Source: a bacterium
GTDB taxonomy: Bacteria; Patescibacteriota; Doudnabacteria; UBA920
Length of the DNA: 40,217 nucleotides
NCBI GenBank assembly: GCA_021847435.1
Contig: JAJZRC010000004.1
Span: 1-40,217, forward strand
Reading direction: 5' to 3'
Shown: piece by piece, positions 25,632 through 33,006 of the stretch
Numbering within the stretch: the first letter of the stretch is position 1
Layout of the letters: every line of letters starts with the position of its first letter
Program-made: the position numbers and the translations under genes
Notes under the pieces: generated by a model
What the model was told of the DNA's origin: nothing
The model's input: only the letters and a program-made list of their open reading frames with translations
The model's database searches: none

Positions 25632-26792
25632 ATGATCAAAAAAATAGTTATTGGTACTACCGTGCTGTTGTTGATATTGCTGCTATTATCCTTAAAAAGT
25701 AAGGATAATGGCAAAAAATTAACCGGCGCTGAAAACGGCAATAAAGCCGCAGTTTCGGCTACTGACTCAAAGCGAACTTTTTTATTGGGTTTTACTCAAT
25801 GGCCTCCGAGTTTTGACGCAAAAGAAATTGAGTCCATGTACGGTTTTCAGAAACAAAATTCAGATTTATCCGTATATCATCAGGTGGAAGGGGTAGCATG
25901 GCCGGAAGCCTTGGCTGGAGGTAAATACCCTAAAAGACTTGTTGACAACTGGAATTTTGTAAAAAGCCATTTTCCCAAAGGCCGCCCGGTCTATTTGGCG
26001 CTGACCCCGCTAAACGATTCGCGCACGGGCCTGGCCAATTATGCCAACGAAAAAAGCGACCAGGAGGCCTTACCAGCGCCCTGGAGCGGGTATGCTTTAA
26101 ACCAACAGGAAGTCAAAAACGCTTACCTGAATTATGTCGAGGAGGCGGTAAATTTTTTCCAGCCAGAATTTCTAGCGATAGACATAGAAAGCAATGTTTT
26201 GCTTTCAAAAGACCCGAAAAAGTGGAATGAATTTCTGGACCTGCATGAATACATCTATAAAACACTTAAGAAAAAATACCCGGAGCTGGTAATTTTTTCC
26301 ACGGTGCAATATGAGCATCTAAATGCCACGCAGGCGGATGCTTTTGGCAAGGCAAAATTGCAGAAAGCGGAAGTGGAGAAATTGCTAAAAAATAGCGATC
26401 TTTTCGCACTGAGCACATATCCGTATATGAGCAAGATTAAGCCAGTTAGGGAAAGTTATTTTGACTTGGCATTAAGCTTAAATAAACCGATTGCCATTGC
26501 AGAGACGGGCTATGCTTCAAAAGATTTTTCTGTTTATGGCTACAAATTTGAACAGTCGCCCGAGGACCAGCGGCAATACTTTGATGTTCTGTTCAAGGCG
26601 GCGGCAGCGAATAATTTCAAGTTTATTGTCAATTTCGCGGCTTTTGATTACGTGAAATTGCTCCAAAGCCTGCCCAAGCCGGCCCGGGAATTGGCAGGAG
26701 TTTGGGTTTATACCGGCCTGAAAAATTCCGAAGGCGCAGATAAGCCGGCTTTTATGCTTTGGCAAAACGAGCTTGTTAAGCAGCTTGAATAA
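25632..26792 (+). CDS. Exported glycoside-hydrolase-like TIM-barrel protein (clan GH-A like)
   Basis: N-terminal anchor; LAIDIESN and KPIAIAETGY candidate catalytic glutamates; TGL near the C-terminus. Confidence 0.6.
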   Translation: MIKKIVIGTTVLLLILLLLSLKSKDNGKKLTGAENGNKAAVSATDSKRTFLLGFTQWPPSFDAKEIESMYGFQKQNSDLSVYHQVEGVAWPEALAGGKYPKRLVDNWNFVKSHFPKGRPVYLALTPLNDSRTGLANYANEKSDQEALPAPWSGYALNQQEVKNAYLNYVEEAVNFFQPEFLAIDIESNVLLSKDPKKWNEFLDLHEYIYKTLKKKYPELVIFSTVQYEHLNATQADAFGKAKLQKAEVEKLLKNSDLFALSTYPYMSKIKPVRESYFDLALSLNKPIAIAETGYASKDFSVYGYKFEQSPEDQRQYFDVLFKAAAANNFKFIVNFAAFDYVKLLQSLPKPARELAGVWVYTGLKNSEGADKPAFMLWQNELVKQLE

Positions 26793-26793
26793 T

Positions 26794-27405
26794 ATGCCCT
26801 ATTCTTCGTCGGAAAGAAGGATTTTTTATAAATTAAATTCGCCAAGCAAAATCCAGGATTTTGCGAATTCCTTAGAGTTTAACTTTGAGAAAAACGGCGA
26901 AACCTGCCAGAGTCCGCGGCGCGTGTTGAAATCAAAAAAAGCCCACTGCATGGAAGGCGCGCTTTTGGCAGCCGCGATTTTAGAATTCCACGGCCACCCG
27001 CCTTTGGTGATGGATTTAAGGAGCGTTAAGCCCCACGACGATGACCACGTAGTGGCGGTTTTTAAGGCTTATGGCTGCTTTGGCGCCATAAGCAAGACCA
27101 ACCACGGGGTGCTGAGGTACCGCGAGCCGGTTTACCGCACCTTGCGGGAATTGGCCGTATCCTATTTCCACGAATATTTTTTGGACAACGGGCAGAAGAC
27201 TTTACGGGAATATTCAGACTTGTTTAATTTAAGATTTTTCGACAGCATTAATTGGCACACTTCAGATGAAGAGTTGTTTGCCATTCCGAAACATTTGGAC
27301 AAAATTAGACACCGCAAGATTTTAAGCGAGAAACAAATCAAAAATTTAAGAAAAGCGGATGGTGTAGAAATTTTGGCAGGAAAGATTACAGAATACAAAA
27401 AATAA
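26794..27405 (+). CDS. Conserved hypothetical protein, possibly transglutaminase/papain-like
   Basis: SPRRVL....HCMEGALLAA, DDDHVVAVF, GAISKTNH..LRYREPVY. Confidence 0.7.
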   Translation: MPYSSSERRIFYKLNSPSKIQDFANSLEFNFEKNGETCQSPRRVLKSKKAHCMEGALLAAAILEFHGHPPLVMDLRSVKPHDDDHVVAVFKAYGCFGAISKTNHGVLRYREPVYRTLRELAVSYFHEYFLDNGQKTLREYSDLFNLRFFDSINWHTSDEELFAIPKHLDKIRHRKILSEKQIKNLRKADGVEILAGKITEYKK

Positions 27406-27406
27406 A

Positions 27407-28564
27407 TTAACTTTTCAGAATTTTTTCATAATATCCGAGATATTCGGATATTATTTTTTTATTGGAGAAATTAGCTTCAGCGCGCAAAAACCCGACCTCG
27501 CCCATTTTCCGGACAAGGGCGGGGGAGCTTGCCAGCTGCTTTATCTTTTTAGTGAAACCTTTTATGTCGCCAACCCGGACTAAAAATCCGGTTTTTTTGT
27601 TTTCCACGACTTCCGGCACGCCGCCTGTCCGGGAGGCGATTACCGGCTTTTTGTAGACCATTGTTTCTAAAATACCCATGCCAAATGATTCTTTTTCCGA
27701 AGTATACAAGCCAACATCAGCAGCGCTGATGTAATTTTGAATATCCTTTACGGCAGGCATGACTTTGATTCTATTTTGGATTTTCAGCTTTTTGGCCAGG
27801 GGAAGGAAGGGGGTGAAATCCGAGCCGGCGAGAATCAGCAGTTTAATGTTTGGTCCGGTTTTGGCAATAATTTTTAACAAGTCCGGAATTCTTTTTACCG
27901 GCCTTAAATTCGAAATATGAATTGCCAAAAAATCTTCGTTTTTTATTCTTAGGGACTTTCGCACGGCTTGCCGGGTTTTGGTAATAGATTTTGGGGAATA
28001 GGAGTTGTAAATTACCTCAATGGGCGTGGAAATTCTCAGGATTTTTTTAGTATCGTTTTTGAGGCTCTCAGAAACCGCAGTCACGCCGCAGGATCCCTCA
28101 ATGGAATATTTGATTATGGAATCCAAGTTAGGATCGCGGGCCAAAAGGGTAATGTCCGTGCCGTGCAAAGTAGTAATGACTTTTGGGAATCTCTGGCGCA
28201 AACTTTGGGCTACGTTTTTGGCAAGCAGGGCGGCGGTGGCGTGCGGCACCGCATAGTGCACGTGCAGGATATCCAGCCCGAAGTCGTGGTTGACCATGCC
28301 GATTTTTTCCGCCAGCGGCAGGGTATAGTCCGGATAGCGGAACACTTCGTACTCGTTTACTTTAACGCGGTGGTAATGGATATTTTTATTTTTCAGGCCA
28401 ATTCGAAAGGGGCGGTCGTAGGAAATAAAATGCACCTGGTGGCCGAGTCCGGCCAATTCATTGCCCAAATTGGTTGCCACAATGCCGCTCCCGCCGATGG
28501 AAGGATAGCAGACAATGCCAATTTTCAGATTTGGAATTTTAGATTTATGATTTAAAATTTTCAA
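27407..28564 (-). CDS. bshA: N-acetyl-alpha-D-glucosaminyl L-malate synthase (GT4)
   Basis: KIGIVCYPSIGGSGIVATNLG, HVHYAVPHA, TTLHGTDIT, HISNLRPVKR and ESFG. Confidence 0.9.
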   Translation of the reverse strand: MKILNHKSKIPNLKIGIVCYPSIGGSGIVATNLGNELAGLGHQVHFISYDRPFRIGLKNKNIHYHRVKVNEYEVFRYPDYTLPLAEKIGMVNHDFGLDILHVHYAVPHATAALLAKNVAQSLRQRFPKVITTLHGTDITLLARDPNLDSIIKYSIEGSCGVTAVSESLKNDTKKILRISTPIEVIYNSYSPKSITKTRQAVRKSLRIKNEDFLAIHISNLRPVKRIPDLLKIIAKTGPNIKLLILAGSDFTPFLPLAKKLKIQNRIKVMPAVKDIQNYISAADVGLYTSEKESFGMGILETMVYKKPVIASRTGGVPEVVENKKTGFLVRVGDIKGFTKKIKQLASSPALVRKMGEVGFLRAEANFSNKKIISEYLGYYEKILKS

Positions 28565-28576
28565 TTTCAGAAAAAT

Positions 28577-29269
28577 TTAATAATTTCTTGATGATAGGCT
28601 AATATCTTGCAGCGTATTTATTCTTACAGGGTCGTTTGTCCAAAGGCCTTGGGCGCATTTGGCTCCAATAGCGGTTCCAAGGGCTTTGGCGCGGGCCGTA
28701 ACCAGGCTTTCGTAGTCTTTGCTGGCCAGCTGGGAAGCATGGCGGTTGATCATTTCCACCCAAGCTTCATAAGCCTCGGAAGTGTCGATAACCACATCAA
28801 CAGGCGCGGCAAAATCCTGGGTAACGGGGTAGTAGTACAGCGCGGTTATTTTATGTACCGCCATATCTTTCAGTTCGCTCAGGCCGCCGTAGCGCGCGAA
28901 GCGTGCTGCGTCTCTTGTAATTTTTCCGGCCTGGGCGTGGTCGGGGTGCTGATTTTCGTCCGTATGGGGCGCCAAAACCACGTCCGGTTTAAATTGCCGA
29001 ATATGCCTGGCAATTGCAAACGCGTTTTCCGGAGTGTTTTTTATATGGCAGTCACCGCCCATTTCCAAAAATTCAATTTCCGCGCCCATTAATTTTGCGG
29101 CTTCGCGGGATTCTTCAGCGCGGCTCTCCGGAGTGCCCGCAGTGCCGGCTTCTCCTTTAGACAATACCAATAGTTTGATTGTTGCGCCATTCTTTGACTC
29201 TTTGGCCAAAAGGCTGCCGCAGCCGAATTCCAAATCATCGGGGTGCGCGCCGATCGCAAGTATTTTCAT
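28577..29269 (-). CDS. bshB1: PIG-L/LmbE-family deacetylase, BshB1-like
   Basis: AHPDDLE, GEAGT.GT...R..E, HPDH and HASQ; adjacent to bshA. Confidence 0.82.
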   Translation of the reverse strand: MKILAIGAHPDDLEFGCGSLLAKESKNGATIKLLVLSKGEAGTAGTPESRAEESREAAKLMGAEIEFLEMGGDCHIKNTPENAFAIARHIRQFKPDVVLAPHTDENQHPDHAQAGKITRDAARFARYGGLSELKDMAVHKITALYYYPVTQDFAAPVDVVIDTSEAYEAWVEMINRHASQLASKDYESLVTARAKALGTAIGAKCAQGLWTNDPVRINTLQDISLSSRNY

Positions 29270-29283
29270 AGGTTATTAGGTTA

Positions 29284-30063
29284 TTAGGTTAATTCAATCC
29301 AGGCATGTCCCGGGTCGCTGATTTCTTCCCGGTCAACAAATTTTACCCCAGGGGCTGCCTGGGTGTCCATATAGTTTTGTTCGCCAGCCCCCCAAATATA
29401 GTGGGTGCAACCAATTACCGAATTCATCCAGGCAAACCGCTGGTCGCGGCCCGGATTTTTTTGCCATTTTTCGATTTTTTCCGGCAGGGGCATGGAAATA
29501 AATTTTCCACCGCCTTCGTGCAGGCTGGCAGAATTACCTTCGGAAATTTTTGCTCTGACCACTTCGCCCTGGTAGGGGATATCGGCATAGTATTCGCCGC
29601 TCAGCTCCAGGGCCTTTTCCCTAAAGGCCTTATCTGAGGATCTAACCACTTCAATGCCTTCCAGGATTCCGATTTTTTCGTACATATCCAGGCAAAAATC
29701 AGCGGCGGTTGCGGCATTAACCGTTCCAAAAATGTCCATCAGATTTTTATCCATGAAGCGGGGGAGCTGTTTTAATATTTCCGCTTTCCAAGCCTTGGGG
29801 ACGCGCTTTAAATACAAGGGCGAATATTTTTTTTGTACCTTGTTTTCCTGGGTGAAATTTAGCCTGGCTTCGGCTCCCGTGGCGCGATCCTGCATTAACG
29901 TGATGGTTTCCCGGTAGTCCGCATCGCTATCGTGGTAAAAAAAGACAATGCGGCCGCCCAGCTGATTTTGCAGGGCGCGGGCAGTTCGGATTTTAGCGAC
30001 CAGAAAACGTTTGGGAAAAAAACCGCATGGTTGCTGGCCGAAACAGATAACAGGCGTATTCAT
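29284..30063 (-). CDS. Short BshC-like protein (putative amino-acid-adding enzyme)
   Basis: GQQ, K, VFFYHDSDADYRE and YIWGAGEQNY resemble the BshC GQQ / VFW..EDHD..E / YxxGPGExxY motifs; first gene of the bsh operon. Confidence 0.6.
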   Translation of the reverse strand: MNTPVICFGQQPCGFFPKRFLVAKIRTARALQNQLGGRIVFFYHDSDADYRETITLMQDRATGAEARLNFTQENKVQKKYSPLYLKRVPKAWKAEILKQLPRFMDKNLMDIFGTVNAATAADFCLDMYEKIGILEGIEVVRSSDKAFREKALELSGEYYADIPYQGEVVRAKISEGNSASLHEGGGKFISMPLPEKIEKWQKNPGRDQRFAWMNSVIGCTHYIWGAGEQNYMDTQAAPGVKFVDREEISDPGHAWIELT

Positions 30064-30145
30064 ATGGCTATTTTATCATAAGGATATTTTTCCGCCAGAG
30101 GCAAGCTCGCTTCCGACAAAAGCTCTAAAATGCAAAAATTAAAAT

Positions 30146-30196
30146 TGTCAAACCAAAGTAGAAATGTCCTAGCGCGGCCAAAGTGAAAATGTCCTA
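30146..30196 (+). repeat. TGTCAA followed by two 19-bp direct repeats: orphan IS-end-like sequence or regulator site
   Basis: CCAAAGTAGAAATGTCCTA at 30153-30171 and CCAAAGTGAAAATGTCCTA at 30178-30196. Confidence 0.5.
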
Positions 30197-30541
30197 CCTA
30201 CGCTAAAACCGAATTTAATGATAAAGCTTTTCGTTGTTAACTCAGAGGGTATCCGGATTTTTTTGTCCACCGGCCAAGCATCGCCTGATGGCTGACCCAA
30301 GAATGCCCGGCTGCCTTGTAACCATGAACTTTTGTCTAATGGACATCTTTAGATTCGAATATGTTGAAAGCGCCATTGCCGGGGTGCAGAAGGCTCAAGC
30401 CTTTGCTGGACCGATGAAGCCCCAAAGGCAAGCCGGAGTTTTTCTGCATCGGATTCGGGCTGACAGCGGAGTCCTGCCCGGAAGATGGATGTGCGGTGTG
30501 CCCAAGGTAGTGCTGCGCTAAACGGGACAACCGGACGCATG

Positions 30542-30580
30542 GCCGCCTCCCCGCGCGTGTTTTGCGGGGCGGCTTTCTTT
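30542..30580 (+). terminator. Terminator-like hairpin upstream of the csoR promoter
   Basis: GCCGCC..CCGCG...TGCGGGGCGGC followed by TTTCTTT. Confidence 0.45.
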
Positions 30581-30582
30581 GT

Positions 30583-30611
30583 TTGACAAATACCCCCAGG
30601 GGGTATACAAT
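30583..30611 (+). promoter_or_regulatory. Sigma70 promoter with a CsoR operator in the spacer
   Basis: TTGACA-17 nt-TACAAT; perfect palindrome ATACCCCC-A-GGGGGTAT at 30590-30606, the C/G-tract architecture of CsoR/RcnR operators. Confidence 0.88.
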
Positions 30612-30635
30612 AGAATTGCTAATTGCTAATTAAAT

Positions 30636-30902
30636 ATGCAAGAAAATTACAAAAAGAAGCTAATCCATCACCTTCACAGGATTAAAGGCCAAGTAGAGGG
30701 TATTGAAAGGATGGTGGAGGCCCGCAAATATTGCGTTGATATTATGACGCAAAGTTTGGCTGTGGAGAAATCCTTGGAGCGATTTAATGCCGACCTTTTA
30801 GAAAACCATTTAACCGAACACGTATTCCACCAGTTTATGCATGGCCAATCCGCCAAAGCGACAGACGAGATGCTGAAAATTTTTAAATTGAAAAATAAAT
30901 AG
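30636..30902 (+). CDS. csoR: CsoR-family metal-sensing repressor
   Basis: L.RIKGQVEGIERMV....YCVDI..Q..AV and LLENHLTEHV; the second Cys position appears to be His. Confidence 0.9.
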   Translation: MQENYKKKLIHHLHRIKGQVEGIERMVEARKYCVDIMTQSLAVEKSLERFNADLLENHLTEHVFHQFMHGQSAKATDEMLKIFKLKNK

Positions 30903-30908
30903 CGTTTT

Positions 30909-31364
30909 ATGCAAGCGTCTTTCTCCAAAAAAATAATGTCTCAGGCTGGCCTGGTTATTTCCGCCGTTGTTTTGGCGATTGCTTTTTTTGGACCCGCCCA
31001 GGCGCACCATGGCGAGTTTATGGAAGCGCATAACCCAGCATCTTTTTGCCGCGCGCAAGGCTGCGGAGAGCCGATGGGAGACTTGTTTTGTTTCAGCCAG
31101 TGTTTGAGTGTTTTTGCAAGCAACCTGCAAACTTTGCCGGCGAAGACGCCAGTTTTTTTGCCGTATGTTTTGGTTTTTTGTTTGCTTATTTCCATCAATT
31201 ACCTCGCGGCCGGGGGCAGACCATTTTATTTCAAATCGTTTATTCGTAAAAAGCGAGAGGTGTTCGCTCGAAGTTTTTTTGTTCAAATCGGCAGATGGTT
31301 GATTTTGTTCGGCAAGCGGGATCCCGCCGAAGTTTTTGCGTTAATTCAGTTGCGCAACATTTAA
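30909..31364 (+). CDS. Hypothetical exported His/Cys-motif membrane protein
   Basis: Signal peptide AQA-HH, C-x4-C and CFSQC, a TM helix and a basic tail with KRDP. Confidence 0.65.
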   Translation: MQASFSKKIMSQAGLVISAVVLAIAFFGPAQAHHGEFMEAHNPASFCRAQGCGEPMGDLFCFSQCLSVFASNLQTLPAKTPVFLPYVLVFCLLISINYLAAGGRPFYFKSFIRKKREVFARSFFVQIGRWLILFGKRDPAEVFALIQLRNI

Positions 31365-31409
31365 CGATAAACGGCAGTATTCAATTGCGGTTTCAACACA
31401 ATAAAATTT

Positions 31410-32747
31410 ATGCATAAACTCATAATCCCTATAAAAGGGATGCATTGTAAATCTTGTGAACTTCTGATTGAAGACAACTTAAGAAAGCTCCCAGGCGTAA
31501 AAAGGGTCGAGGTGAGCCATATTTCCGGAAAAGCAAAAATATGGTGCGATGACGGCACCCCGCCTGCTAAAAGCATTGGCGCAGCGGTGGAAGACGCGGG
31601 TTATACTTTAGGACAGGAAGATAAAAAGCATTGGTTTTCCAGAAATTCCCAGGATTACCTGAATTTGGTGAATGCGGGTGGAATTTTGCTGGTCCTCTTT
31701 TTCCTAGCCCAAATTTTCGGTTTTTCCGACATGGCTGGAAATTTTCAGCAGAAAAGCATAGCCATGTCTTTGGTGGTGGGCTTGGTGGCAGGAGTTTCTT
31801 CCTGCATGGCTTTGATAGGCGGGTTGGTTCTGGCTTTGTCCGCCAGGCACTCGGAACTCCATCCGGAGGCCAGCCGAATGCAAAAATTTCGTCCCCATTT
31901 GTTTTTTAATCTAGGAAGGGTTCTGGGCTTCGCCGTACTGGGGGGGCTAATCGGCATGGCGGGAGGGGCGCTGCAGCCATCCGCAAAGTTTATGGGCCTG
32001 CTTACGTTGTTAGTCGGCGGCGCGATGCTTGTGATGGGATTGAAGCTTATTGAGATATTTCCCATTTTGCAGAAAGTAAATATAGCTTTGCCAAAATTTG
32101 TTTCCAAGCTTTTTGGGATAAAACGGGAGCAGAAAGAATACAGCCACAAAGGCGCGGTTTTGGGAGGGGCGCTGACTTTCTTTTTGCCTTGCGGTTTTAC
32201 GCAAGCCATGCAGCTTTACGCCGTAAGCACCGGCAGTTTTGTTTCCGGGGCTTTAATAATGTCTCTGTTTGCCTTAGGCACTTCCCCGGGGTTATTGGGC
32301 ATAGGCGGGCTTTCCAGTGCTTTTAAAGGTTCAAAGGCGAAAGTATTTTTTGCAGCGGCGGGATTGGCCGTGATAATTTTGGGGATATTTAATATCTTCA
32401 ACGCGAGCCAATTGGCGTTTTCTTCAGGGCCCGCCCGGAACCAAACAAATAAAACCATTTCTCCGAGCGCGCCTGCCGAAGGAGCGCAGGAAGTACGAAT
32501 GACGCAAGGGGCTTCGGGCTACTCGCCTAATAAGCTGACTGTTAAGAAAGGGATTCCGGTTAGGTGGATAATCAGCTCCACTAACCAGTATTCCTGCGCC
32601 GCCTTTCTCATAATGCCGAAATATGGCATCAACCAAGCGCTTAAAAGCGGAGAAAATATAATTGAATTTACGCCTGAAAAGTCAGGAGAGATTCCTTTTT
32701 CATGTTCAATGGGCATGTATAGAGGCAAGTTCATCGTAACCGATTAA
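31410..32747 (+). CDS. HMA + DsbD_2/TauE-like membrane domain + cupredoxin-like domain protein
   Basis: GMHCKSC, SSCMALIGG, FFLPCGFTQ and C-terminal FSCSMGMY. Confidence 0.88.
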   Translation: MHKLIIPIKGMHCKSCELLIEDNLRKLPGVKRVEVSHISGKAKIWCDDGTPPAKSIGAAVEDAGYTLGQEDKKHWFSRNSQDYLNLVNAGGILLVLFFLAQIFGFSDMAGNFQQKSIAMSLVVGLVAGVSSCMALIGGLVLALSARHSELHPEASRMQKFRPHLFFNLGRVLGFAVLGGLIGMAGGALQPSAKFMGLLTLLVGGAMLVMGLKLIEIFPILQKVNIALPKFVSKLFGIKREQKEYSHKGAVLGGALTFFLPCGFTQAMQLYAVSTGSFVSGALIMSLFALGTSPGLLGIGGLSSAFKGSKAKVFFAAAGLAVIILGIFNIFNASQLAFSSGPARNQTNKTISPSAPAEGAQEVRMTQGASGYSPNKLTVKKGIPVRWIISSTNQYSCAAFLIMPKYGINQALKSGENIIEFTPEKSGEIPFSCSMGMYRGKFIVTD

Positions 32748-32761
32748 TCAACTTCATATTT

Positions 32762-32977
32762 ATGGCTACAACAAAATTTCAACTCGCAAATTTGAACTGT
32801 TCCGCTTGCGGGAAAGTTTCGCAAATGAAAATTAGCAGAATAAAAGACGTAACCCAAGTCAGGATCGAGCAAAACGGCGGCTCCGCGCTGGGGGAATTGG
32901 AAGCCGGCCGGGAAATCCCGATTTTAGAGCTTGAGGAGGCTTTGGCAGGCACGGGCTATAAAGTGCGTTTAGTATAA
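32762..32977 (+). CDS. Small HMA-domain metallochaperone
   Basis: NLNCSAC and ALAGTGY. Confidence 0.8.
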   Translation: MATTKFQLANLNCSACGKVSQMKISRIKDVTQVRIEQNGGSALGELEAGREIPILELEEALAGTGYKVRLV

Positions 32978-33006
32978 CCGGTTGTAATTAAACATTAAAA
33001 AATTTT

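Noticed and set aside
30234-30521. 95-aa ORF as a transposase remnant
   Set aside because: No HTH or DDE features are recognisable; left uncalled.
30575-30588. Right-hand IS end matching 30146 (CTTTGTTTGACA vs TGTCAAACCAAAG)
   Set aside because: Lacks the GGACATTT core repeats and is fully explained as a terminator U tract plus the csoR -35 box.
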